From: Cenarchaeum sp.
Lineage (GTDB): Archaea; Thermoproteota; Nitrososphaeria; Nitrososphaerales; Nitrosopumilaceae
Reading direction: 5' to 3'
Assembly (NCBI GenBank): GCA_965212015.1
Contig: OZ243037.1
Location: 160,001 to 224,000 of the forward strand
DNA length: 64,000 nt
The position numbers were made by a program, and so were the translations under genes. Shown here piece after piece: positions 46,676 through 55,467 of this stretch. Positions within the stretch are counted from its first letter, which is position 1; every line of letters starts with the position of its first letter. A model generated the notes under the pieces. That model saw nothing but the letters and a program-made list of their open reading frames with translations, ran no database searches and was not told where the DNA came from.

Positions 46676-49171
46676 ATGAGCCTGATGGCAGTACCACGGG
46701 TAAGCTCGGCGCTTGGGGCAGTAGATCTGCGGCAGAGCCCGCCCCCGCTGATAATCGGGGAGCGCATAAACACGCAGGGCTCGAGGCGCGCAAAAAAGCT
46801 TGTCCTTGATGAGGATTATGACGGGCTGGTGGATCTGGCCAAATCCCAGGTCAAGGACGGTGCGCACTGCCTTGATGTCTGCGTGGCGACAACTGAGCGC
46901 GCCGACGAAAAAGAGTTCATGGTAAGGCTGGTAAAGAAAATCAGCATCGAAGTCGGGGCCCCTCTTGTGATAGACTCTACTGATCCCAAAGTTGTCGAGT
47001 CCGCAGTAAGGCAGATTCCCGGGCGCCCGATAATCAACTCTATTAATCTTGAGGGCGACGGATCCCGGTTTGCCGGCCTTGCGCCGATAATGGCAAGGTA
47101 CGGGACGCCGGCGATTGCAATGTGCATAGGCCCGGAGGGCATGGCCTCCACTCCGCAAGAAAAGCTGCAGGTGGCAGAGCTGCTGTATAATGCCGGCCTG
47201 AAATACGGGCTAAAAGAGGAGCAGTTTATCTTTGACGTGCTCACATTTACGCTCTCGACTGGGCAGTCCGACCTGCTCGATGCCGGCAAAAACACGCTGG
47301 AGGGCATAAGGCTGGTAAAGCGGCGCTTTCCAAAGTCGTATACGGTGCTGGGCCTCAGCAACATCAGCTTTGGCCTGGCAGCACATTCTAGAAAGATACT
47401 AAACTCTGTATTTCTGTATCACGCCATACAGTACGGTCTGGACTGCGCCATAGTAAACGCAAAAGAGATCGTCCCGTACGCAGAAATATCGCAGGAGGAA
47501 AAAAATATAGCCGAGGATCTTGTATTTAACAGGCATCCTGACGCACTGGCAAGGCTGATTGGACACTTTGAGAATCTCGCCCCGCAGTCGGCCCGGAGTG
47601 AAAAGACCGACATTGACCCGTCGTGGAGCGCCGGAAAAAAATCAAACTATCGGATTATAAACCGCCTGGGCGACGGGATAAAAAGGGACGTAGTCGAGGC
47701 CATTGCCGAAAAGATCTCCATGACTGACCGCCTGGTGGAGCGCGACGGCGCGCTAATCATTGATGCCACAAAGGAGCAGACGCACCAGGGCGCCATCCGG
47801 ACGCTAAACGAGGACCTGCTTCCGGCGATGAAAAAGGTGGGCGACATGTTCGGGGCAGGCGAGCTCATACTGCCGTTTGTACTGAAATCCGCCGAATGCA
47901 TGAAGGCCGCCGTCTCGGAGCTTGAAAAATACCTGCTCAAGGAGGAGGACTCGGCCAAGGGAAAGCTGGTGCTGGGTACCGTGGAGGGCGACGTGCACGA
48001 CATTGGAAAAAACCTGGTAAAGACAATCTTTGTGAACAACGGGTACGCCGTGTACGACCTGGGAAAGCAAGTCGCGCTCCGGAGCTTTTTGGACAAGATC
48101 GAGGAGGTAAAGCCCGACGCCGTGGGCCTCTCGGCGCTTTTGGTCGTGACCTCAAAGCAGATGAGGTTCTTTATAGAGCACGCAAGAAAAAACAACATGG
48201 ACATTCCGGTCCTGTGCGGGGGCGCGGCAGTCAATAGCAACTATATCAACCGCATAGCAAAGCAGGACGGGATATACGGGCCCGGCGTGTTTTACTGCAA
48301 TACAATGTTTGACGGGCTCAAGACGATGGACAAGCTTGTATCCGGGCAGAAAAAGGAAATGCTCTCTGAATGGCGCGCAAGGCTGGAGGGCTGGAAGGAC
48401 TCGACGCCGGCACCTGCAGGCAATGTGCCGCGCAGCGACGTCAGGCCGGTGGCGCCGCCTGTCCCCCCCGATACGGGAGTCGCGCACCGCCTTGGGCCGG
48501 CAGACATTGACCTGCGCAAGATATGGGGTATGATGAACAAAAAGTCGCTCTTCAAGCTGTCATGGGGGCTGCGTGGAAAGGCAGGCGAGGAATCCGAGGC
48601 AGACCACGAGGTGCTGCTGGGGCAGTGGCAGGACCGAATCATAAAAGAAGGCCTGTTTGAGCCAAGCGCCGTGTACGGATACTTTGTGTGCCACGGCGGC
48701 GACAAAAAGCTAAAGGTGGATTATCCCGGCGGGACAGTAACGTTTGACTTTCCGCGCTCTGCCAGGGAAAAACACCTCTGCGTTGCGGACTATTTCGGCC
48801 GGAACGACATTGTGGCATTCCAGTCAGTAACTGTCGGGGGGCGCGCTGCGGGGATAATCGAGCAGTGGGACAAGCAGGACAGGTATTCAGACGCGTACTA
48901 TCTGCACGGCCTGGCAGTGGAGACTGCCGAGGCGCTAGCAGAGTGGGTCAATTGCAGGATAAAGTCGGATCTGGGGCTGGAAAAGGGCGGGCTCCGGTAC
49001 AGCTGGGGGTATCCCAGCTGCCCTGATGTCGGACAGCACAAGCTGGTATGGAAGCTGCTCTCGCCGCAGGAATCCGGCATGACGCTGACTGATGCGGGGC
49101 AGATAGTCCCAGAACAGTCGACTGCCGCCATTATAGTGCACCATCCGGACGCCGCATATTTCGGGCTGTGA
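46676..49171 (+). CDS. metH: Methionine synthase pterin-binding, cobalamin-binding and reactivation domains
   Basis: IGERIN, DVHDIGKN, SAL, RYSWGYPSCP, PEQST. Confidence 0.94.
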   Translation: MSLMAVPRVSSALGAVDLRQSPPPLIIGERINTQGSRRAKKLVLDEDYDGLVDLAKSQVKDGAHCLDVCVATTERADEKEFMVRLVKKISIEVGAPLVIDSTDPKVVESAVRQIPGRPIINSINLEGDGSRFAGLAPIMARYGTPAIAMCIGPEGMASTPQEKLQVAELLYNAGLKYGLKEEQFIFDVLTFTLSTGQSDLLDAGKNTLEGIRLVKRRFPKSYTVLGLSNISFGLAAHSRKILNSVFLYHAIQYGLDCAIVNAKEIVPYAEISQEEKNIAEDLVFNRHPDALARLIGHFENLAPQSARSEKTDIDPSWSAGKKSNYRIINRLGDGIKRDVVEAIAEKISMTDRLVERDGALIIDATKEQTHQGAIRTLNEDLLPAMKKVGDMFGAGELILPFVLKSAECMKAAVSELEKYLLKEEDSAKGKLVLGTVEGDVHDIGKNLVKTIFVNNGYAVYDLGKQVALRSFLDKIEEVKPDAVGLSALLVVTSKQMRFFIEHARKNNMDIPVLCGGAAVNSNYINRIAKQDGIYGPGVFYCNTMFDGLKTMDKLVSGQKKEMLSEWRARLEGWKDSTPAPAGNVPRSDVRPVAPPVPPDTGVAHRLGPADIDLRKIWGMMNKKSLFKLSWGLRGKAGEESEADHEVLLGQWQDRIIKEGLFEPSAVYGYFVCHGGDKKLKVDYPGGTVTFDFPRSAREKHLCVADYFGRNDIVAFQSVTVGGRAAGIIEQWDKQDRYSDAYYLHGLAVETAEALAEWVNCRIKSDLGLEKGGLRYSWGYPSCPDVGQHKLVWKLLSPQESGMTLTDAGQIVPEQSTAAIIVHHPDAAYFGL

Positions 49172-49918
49172 CTAGCCGTGCACGCAGCCCAGGATTTTTC
49201 TTGCAAGCTCAAAGTCGTTGGGCGACGTAATGAGCACGTCGCCTGCAATATCGTGGACCTCGCTTACAAACCCGGCAGCATCGTCCCTGTATCCGGACCA
49301 GTCTATGCCGAGGAATCCTGCGGATTTTGCGTTCTTTTCGGACGGCAGGAGCACTATCGGGATTACCCTAAAGCCCATCGGGTTTAGCGCGCCGCATATT
49401 CTCGATACCTGCTGCGTCGACTGGATTACCTGCGTTATGAATCCAGACGGCCTTGCGCTGATCTTTTTTTTAATCCTGCCAAAGTCGGGATTGCTCGGAA
49501 TGGACAAAAACAGCTTTATCCTGCCGGCGCATCTTTTTTGCAGCTCTGCTACCGTCCTGCTTGGCACGAGTCCGGAATCAGACGGATTCTCGCGCAGCGG
49601 ATCCCCCTTGAGTACCAGTATGCCGTCAAGGCCCGCGCCGATTGCATCCTCCATGTATCTTTCCACGGCCGATGCGTCCTTGTCTATTACCCTCATGCTT
49701 GCGGTAATTTCCAGACCGGGGTGCGCTTTTCTCAGGGCCGATGCCGTAACAATCGGCGAGAGTCTTGCGGTGCCAAGGACCGACTCTGTAATGTGTATGC
49801 CGTCGCAGTCCCCCGCTATCTGAGAGACCCTGCGTTCCAGGCCGGCAAGCGCCGTGGCGTCCCCGGGCACCCTCGGGGGGTTGATCTCATAGATTACGGC
49901 CATCGGGGAATTTTTCAT
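49172..49918 (-). CDS. metF: Methylenetetrahydrofolate reductase-like protein
   Basis: YEINPP, LVLKGD, FITQ; convergent with metH. Confidence 0.75.
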   Translation of the reverse strand: MKNSPMAVIYEINPPRVPGDATALAGLERRVSQIAGDCDGIHITESVLGTARLSPIVTASALRKAHPGLEITASMRVIDKDASAVERYMEDAIGAGLDGILVLKGDPLRENPSDSGLVPSRTVAELQKRCAGRIKLFLSIPSNPDFGRIKKKISARPSGFITQVIQSTQQVSRICGALNPMGFRVIPIVLLPSEKNAKSAGFLGIDWSGYRDDAAGFVSEVHDIAGDVLITSPNDFELARKILGCVHG

Positions 49919-49977
49919 CCTGCCTAGTTAAAACCTTTGAACACAAAATCAATAACAGGCATTGCCGTACGGCAGCC

Positions 49978-50523
49978 ATGGACCTGCGGTATGTCAGATC
50001 AAGGCTTGGCACCGACGTCGATTCCGGGGTGGACCACGACGGCACGCACAGGATTGCATCCGTGCTGGTGGTGATTTACGGGGAACCGCCGCGCGTACTG
50101 ATGACCCAAAAGCCAAGGCACCTAAAGTTTCACGCCGGCGAGATCTCATTTCCGGGCGGAAAGCTAGACGCGTCTGATGCCGACGTGCTAGACACTGCGC
50201 TGCGCGAGACAAGAGAGGAGCTCGGACTGTCCTTTCAGAGAAGACAGGTGATCGGGAGGCTGGATTCTGTCACCACGCTGAACTCTGGCTTTTTGATAGT
50301 GCCCTTTGTTGCAGTTGCAGACAGGATAGCCAGGCTGGAGACAAACGCCGAAGTCGAGCAGGCCTTTGAGATTCCGCTGGAGCCGCTTTTGGGAACCATG
50401 GCAGACGATGCGGATCCCGGCCATACGTCTATTCAAGAGATGCACGTGTTTTCATTTGACGGCAGGACTGTGTGGGGCGCCTCTGCGCGGATACTGCGCC
50501 AGATTGCCGCGCGCCTAATGTGA
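49978..50523 (+). CDS. Nudix hydrolase, CoA pyrophosphatase family
   Basis: HAGEISFPGG...ALRETREELG; VWGASA. Confidence 0.92.
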   Translation: MDLRYVRSRLGTDVDSGVDHDGTHRIASVLVVIYGEPPRVLMTQKPRHLKFHAGEISFPGGKLDASDADVLDTALRETREELGLSFQRRQVIGRLDSVTTLNSGFLIVPFVAVADRIARLETNAEVEQAFEIPLEPLLGTMADDADPGHTSIQEMHVFSFDGRTVWGASARILRQIAARLM

Positions 50524-50560
50524 GATTCATTTAAAAAGAGCTCCCTGAATCTTGCCATTC

Positions 50561-50719
50561 ATGGCCGCACGCAAACCATCTGGCAGAAAGATCCGACTGC
50601 ACAAGAAAATCAAACAGACGCTGCCTGTTCCCGCATGGATAATACTGAGAACCCGCAGGGGCGTCCGAACCAACCCAAAGCGCCGCGCGTGGAGATCAAC
50701 TGACGTGGAGGTGGGTTAG
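50561..50719 (+). CDS. rpl39e: 50S ribosomal protein eL39 (not in supplied ORF track)
   Basis: Translated by hand: MAARKPSGRKIRLHKKIKQTLPVPAWIILRTRRGVRTNPKRRAWRSTDVEVG-TAG. Confidence 0.93.
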   Translation: MAARKPSGRKIRLHKKIKQTLPVPAWIILRTRRGVRTNPKRRAWRSTDVEVG

Positions 50720-51571
50720 ACGTCCCAAGAGCTGGAGCGCGTTTACACCATACCGCTTGGCAAGGTCCTGCTGTCGCCTGACAACCGCCGTGCAAAACGG
50801 GCAATCAACATGATAAAGGAGTTTGCCAGACACCACATGAAGGTGCAGGACATACGCATAGACGAGGACGTGTCACACCAGATCTGGCTTCGCGGAATCA
50901 GACGTCCACCAAGAAGGATAAAGGTGATAATGACCCGGACAGATGACGGCTTTATACTGGTATCCCCATTTGATGAAAAACTGGATCCCGACGCAAAGCC
51001 TGCAGACGTGCCAGAGCCGGCAGATGCGGCAGAGCCGGCAGATGCATCAGAATCAACTGGCGTGCCAGAGGGTGACGCGCTAAAGGATGCGGCGGAGCTA
51101 AATGACGCACCAAAAGCTGAGGTGCCGGAGTTAAAGGACGCGCCAAAAGGCGACGCGCCAAAAGCTGAGGCGCCGGAGTTAAAGGACGCACCAAAAGGCG
51201 ACGCACCAAAAGGCGACGCACCAAAAGGCGACGCGCCAAAAGGCGACGCGCCAAAAGCTGAGGCGCCGGAGTTAAAGGACGCGCCAAAAGGCGACGCGCC
51301 AAAAGCTGAGGCGCCGGAGTTAAAGGACGCGCCAAAAGGCGACAAACCAAAAGCTGCAAAATCAGAAAATAATACACCAAAGGATGATGCACCAAAATTA
51401 AAGGACGCGCCAAAAGGCGACAAACCAAAAGCTGCAAAATCAGAAAATAATACACCAAAGGATGATGCACCAAAATTAAAGGACGCGCCAAAAGGCGACA
51501 AACCAAAAGCTGCAAAATCAGAAAATAATACACCAAAGGACGCGGCACAAGACAAGGCCGCAAAAGAATAG
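50720..51571 (+). CDS. rpl31e: 50S ribosomal protein eL31 with long repetitive C-terminal tail; probable start is ACG
   Basis: (ACG)SQELERVYTIPLGK...RAKRAINMIKEF...IWLRGIRRPPRRIKV; conserved ERVYTIPL lies upstream of the first ATG (50810). Confidence 0.9.
   Translation, partial: TSQELERVYTIPLGKVLLSPDNRRAKRAINMIKEFARHHMKVQDIRIDEDVSHQIWLRGIRRPPRRIKVIMTRTDDGFILVSPFDEKLDPDAKPADVPEPADAAEPADASESTGVPEGDALKDAAELNDAPKAEVPELKDAPKGDAPKAEAPELKDAPKGDAPKGDAPKGDAPKGDAPKAEAPELKDAPKGDAPKAEAPELKDAPKGDKPKAAKSENNTPKDDAPKLKDAPKGDKPKAAKSENNTPKDDAPKLKDAPKGDKPKAAKSENNTPKDAAQDKAAKE
51104..51540 (+). repeat. Intragenic tandem repeats (15, 48 and 78 nt units)
   Basis: DAPKG x4; KAEAPELKDAPKGDAP; 78-nt unit starting at 51320, 51398 and 51476. 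Confidence 0.92.
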
Positions 51572-51712
51572 GCGCAAAAACACGCCAAAGCCGCCATAAA
51601 CCTAATTGTACATAATACGCCGGCCTTGCCAGTGTGCGGCAGCAGATGCGGCGCAAACTGTACGTCACCATACATGGAAAACTAAACGCGCGGCACGGGG
51701 TGTTTTAGCTAG

Positions 51713-52648
51713 TCATTCCAGCTGTGGAAGATCAATGCTGCATCCAATGCTGCACTCGGGCTCGTCCCAGTCAAGTGTGTCCCGGAGCGGTATCGCATCA
51801 AGCGGATCATATGCGTCAAAGCGCGTCTTGGTCTGCAATGCTGACACCATGACAATCTTGGAGTGCTCGGAGCTATCGGAGGTATAGTCTGCGTTTGTGC
51901 CAGACATGCCGCCTGTCAGGCCTGCGACTGTCTCTAGGATTCCGACAGGAATCCTGTCTGCGCCCAGGACGTGCAGAACGGTGCGGCCTGCGTCCCCCGA
52001 TGCAGAGTATAGCATCTTTAGTGAGTCCCTCAGCGACGTCTCTAGCTCAAGGCCGTCCTTGCTGGTGGAAATCAGGCTTGCCCCGTCGGGGATGCCCGAT
52101 GTTTTGAGCGAGCCTGCAATGTATGATATGGCAGAGTTTGTAATCTCGTGGCACTTTGCCTGGGTGAGGTCCGGGTTGCACTGCAGTATTGCGTCATTGT
52201 CCACTATGACGGTGCAGTCAGAGCTGGCCCTCAGCCTTTTTAGCGATATGGCAGAGCTGAACATCTTTGTGTTTTCAAACCCAAAGGGCATGATTGCAAA
52301 CGACACGGTGCTCTTGCCTGCGTCCCTGCAGATCCGGGAGACTATGGGCGATATCGCAGCACCGCTCTTGCCTGCAAGGCTTGCAATGATGACTATGGAC
52401 GAATAGCCAGAAACGGCATCCAGAATCTCATCTGACGATCTGCCTGCCGAGCCGCGCACAAGGTGGCCCGACGGGTTGATCACGCCCTGGTTGGATATCT
52501 CGATGCTTTTGCAGCCGGAATCAAAGTCGGCGGGATTGTTGCTTATCTGGAGGCACTCGCATCCGGTCTTTTCCCTTACCTGCAGTGCCACCCTGGCTCC
52601 TACGCCGCCTGCCCCTATGACTAGCATGGGCTCTGATAATTCGGCCAT
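51713..52648 (-). CDS. ftsZ: Divergent thaumarchaeal FtsZ/tubulin-superfamily protein
   Basis: VIGAGGVG, LAGKSGAA in place of GGGTG(T/S)G, MPFGFE, VDND. Confidence 0.8.
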   Translation of the reverse strand: MAELSEPMLVIGAGGVGARVALQVREKTGCECLQISNNPADFDSGCKSIEISNQGVINPSGHLVRGSAGRSSDEILDAVSGYSSIVIIASLAGKSGAAISPIVSRICRDAGKSTVSFAIMPFGFENTKMFSSAISLKRLRASSDCTVIVDNDAILQCNPDLTQAKCHEITNSAISYIAGSLKTSGIPDGASLISTSKDGLELETSLRDSLKMLYSASGDAGRTVLHVLGADRIPVGILETVAGLTGGMSGTNADYTSDSSEHSKIVMVSALQTKTRFDAYDPLDAIPLRDTLDWDEPECSIGCSIDLPQLE

Positions 52649-52718
52649 GCAGTAGGCTCTCTTTTTTGGATAAAAAACCTTCTTACGTAGTTTTAATCAG
52701 ATCCCCGATCTAAAAACT

Positions 52719-53987
52719 TTAACTTGCAATCTCGCCGATCAGGCTGTGGTTTGTGGACCCGGTTATCCTGACAGTACGTGACTGCCCGATGGCTGCCCCC
52801 TCTGCCACAAATACTGGCTTGTATGCGAAATTCCTGCCCTTGATCCCGTCCTGCGTCATCTCGTCAAAAAGCACATCACCCCGCCAGCCTATCCATCTGC
52901 GGTTGCCCTCGCGCGATATCCTGTCGGCTGCCTCGGCCACCGTCTTGCTTCGCCGCTTTATGGTGGCCACGTCGAGCTGATCCCTGCCTGCCGCCTCGGT
53001 CCCCGGCCTTGCGCTGTATCTGGAGAGGTTTGTTATCTCGGGCCTGGTCTCTGCGAGCAGCTCCATCGTGTCCCTGAAATCCTCGTCTGTCTCGCCTGGA
53101 AACCCCACTATAATGTCAGTCGATATCGTAAAGTCGCCGAATTTTTCCCTAAATCGCCTTGCTGCGTCCCTGAACGTCCCTGACGTGTGGCCGCGCTTCA
53201 TTTCGTGCAGGATGCGGTCGCTGCCGCTCTGTACGGGAATGTGCAAAAACCTGTACACCTTGTCGCTCCGGAACGATTCTAGCAGCCCGTCCCTGATTCT
53301 TGGCATGTACATGGGGTTCATCATGCCGACTCTGACCATAAAGTTCTGCGTAATGCCGGTGACGGCATTGACTAGCTCCGGCAGGTCGGCGCCAATGTCG
53401 AGGCCGTAGCACCCGTTGTCCGTCGACGTCAGCCAGATCTCCTGGCATCCCTCGTCAAGCTCAGTTCTTACCTGCCGCACAATGTCGCCTATTCTGTAGC
53501 TGTTCAGATCGCCCTTTGCGAGCTTTGTCTGGCAGAACGTGCACTCGCTCATGCAGCCGCCTGCAATCTCTACTATTCCGACTGCCCGGTTCAGCCTGAC
53601 TTTTGGCAGCCCGGTCTTGGATGCGTCGGTGTCTGCAAGCTCCACTGCCCTTCTGCCGCCTAGCGTGGCCTCGATTACCTGCAGCGTCTTTCCGAGTGCG
53701 TTGGGCCCAAGCAGGCTGGAGTTTTTGGCGAATCTCTCCACGGTTGATTGTTCTGCCTTTGGAAGGCATCCGGCGACTATCAGGGGCTTTTTGTTCAGGC
53801 TCTTTATGCGGTGGACCATCCTGTTTGCAGTGGCGTCCTTTACAGAACAGGTCACAACCAAGCTCAGGTCTGCGTCCTTTGGGGAATCGGCCAGGGCGTG
53901 GCCGCCGTTGACTATTATGCCCGATATCATCTCCGAGTCCGCAAAGCTTGCAGAGCACCCGTATGCCTCAACCCAAATTCTTGCCAT
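52719..53987 (-). CDS. mtaB: tRNA t6A37 methylthiotransferase (MtaB/CDKAL1-type)
   Basis: YGC, TC.VK, AGC, CMSECTFC, DIIVGFPGET, C-terminal TRAM domain. Confidence 0.9.
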   Translation of the reverse strand: MARIWVEAYGCSASFADSEMISGIIVNGGHALADSPKDADLSLVVTCSVKDATANRMVHRIKSLNKKPLIVAGCLPKAEQSTVERFAKNSSLLGPNALGKTLQVIEATLGGRRAVELADTDASKTGLPKVRLNRAVGIVEIAGGCMSECTFCQTKLAKGDLNSYRIGDIVRQVRTELDEGCQEIWLTSTDNGCYGLDIGADLPELVNAVTGITQNFMVRVGMMNPMYMPRIRDGLLESFRSDKVYRFLHIPVQSGSDRILHEMKRGHTSGTFRDAARRFREKFGDFTISTDIIVGFPGETDEDFRDTMELLAETRPEITNLSRYSARPGTEAAGRDQLDVATIKRRSKTVAEAADRISREGNRRWIGWRGDVLFDEMTQDGIKGRNFAYKPVFVAEGAAIGQSRTVRITGSTNHSLIGEIAS

Positions 53988-53990
53988 GAT

Positions 53991-55352
53991 TCATCCAAAC
54001 AGCGCGTCTATTTCCCTGTTTGTAAAAAGCCCCTTTGAGACTGCAAGCTCCCTTATCGTCCTTTTGGAGTCCAGCGATTCCTTGAACAGCTCGGCTGATC
54101 TCTTGTATCCTATCTTTGGTGCAAGCAGCGTCACAATCACGGGGCTGTCCTCTATGTTTTTGCGCAGCCCGTCCCTGTCGGAGCTCAGCCCGTCGATCAG
54201 GTTTGCAGAAAATACCGGCAAAAAGTTGCCAAGCATGTCAGTCGACTCTAGGACCGACTTTAGCATTCCGGGAAGCATTACGTTTAGCTCAAACTGTCCT
54301 GCCTGCGCCGCATGCGACACCGCAGTGTCGTTTCCGATTATCCCAAAGCATACCATGTTCATGCATTCTGCAAGCGACGGGTTTACCTTGCCGGGCATGA
54401 TAGACGAGCCTGCGTGGACCGCAGGTATTCCAACCTCGCCGAATCCGGCGACGGGGCCTGATGCCATCAGGCGTATGTCGTTTGCAATCTTGCCAATCTC
54501 TTGTGCAAGATTTCGCAGCGCCGACGAGTATCCGGCCACCGCAAGGCGGCTTTGCAGCGCGTGCTGCATGTCCTTTTCTGGCACCAGCCTAAAGCCGGAT
54601 ATCCTGGCAAGCTCTGCTGTGGCGGCCCTTCTGTAGCCCCTCGGGGTGTTGGCGCCGGTTCCCACCGCAGTTGCGCCAAGTGCGATGCGCTCCAGGCCTT
54701 TTTTTGAGGAATCAATCGACGCCTTTGCCATGGATATCGACGTGGCGTACGCTGCAAACTCGCCTCCCAGTGTTACTGGCAGCGCGTCCATCAGGTGCGT
54801 GCGGCCGATCTTTTTGTGCCGCGAAAACTGTCTTGCCTTTTTTCTCAGGGACTTTATCAAAGAGCCGACTCCTAGCTCCACGCCACGGTGGTTCATCAGG
54901 ATTGCCACGTGCATCGCGGTGGGAAACGTGTCGTTGCTTGACTGCGACATGTTGACGTGGTCATTTGGGTGCAAAAACTGGTACTGGCCCCTTTTTTTGC
55001 CCATGGATTCGAGTGCAACGTTTGCAATCACCTCGTTGGCATTCATGTTAAAGGCGGTTCCCGCCCCCGAGTTTATGGCGTCTATTATGAACTGATCATG
55101 GAACTTGCCGGACAGTATTGAATCGCACGCGCCGGCAATTGCACGCCCGCGCCTGGCATCGATTGCCTTTGCCTTTGTGTTTGCCACTGCGGCGGCGCGC
55201 TTTATCATGGCAAAGGACTCGACGAGGTTCCTGTGCGAGTACAGTCCGGTCACGTGATACTGTCTTGCCGCCCGCGCCGTAAACGGGCCGTAATACGCGC
55301 CTGCCGGAATCCTTATGCTGCCCAGCGAGTCGTCATCTGTCCTGTATTTCAA
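53991..55352 (-). CDS. fumC: Class II fumarate hydratase/aspartate ammonia-lyase
   Basis: HPNDHVNMSQSSND, KIGRTH.MDA, GSSIMPGKVNP. Confidence 0.9.
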   Translation of the reverse strand: MKYRTDDDSLGSIRIPAGAYYGPFTARAARQYHVTGLYSHRNLVESFAMIKRAAAVANTKAKAIDARRGRAIAGACDSILSGKFHDQFIIDAINSGAGTAFNMNANEVIANVALESMGKKRGQYQFLHPNDHVNMSQSSNDTFPTAMHVAILMNHRGVELGVGSLIKSLRKKARQFSRHKKIGRTHLMDALPVTLGGEFAAYATSISMAKASIDSSKKGLERIALGATAVGTGANTPRGYRRAATAELARISGFRLVPEKDMQHALQSRLAVAGYSSALRNLAQEIGKIANDIRLMASGPVAGFGEVGIPAVHAGSSIMPGKVNPSLAECMNMVCFGIIGNDTAVSHAAQAGQFELNVMLPGMLKSVLESTDMLGNFLPVFSANLIDGLSSDRDGLRKNIEDSPVIVTLLAPKIGYKRSAELFKESLDSKRTIRELAVSKGLFTNREIDALFG

Positions 55353-55437
55353 ACAAGGTCTGTTGGCACTTTCTAGTTAATCACTCTTTTTGTTTGCGGC
55401 GTATTGGTGCCGGAATTTTAAAACACGTCCAAAATCA

Positions 55438-55444
55438 TTATATA
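55438..55444 (+). promoter_or_regulatory. TATA box of nirK (likely leaderless mRNA)
   Basis: TTATATA ending 24 nt before ATG 55468. Confidence 0.55.
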
Positions 55445-55467
55445 GGCATATGTGGGCTCTCTGATCG

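Noticed and set aside
50743-51675. 310-aa and 239-aa minus-strand ORFs; repeats as possible CRISPR
   Set aside because: Antisense shadows of the rpl31e coding repeats; no spacers
53539-54636. 365-aa + strand ORF
   Set aside because: Lies entirely antisense to the mtaB and fumC genes and has no recognisable motifs
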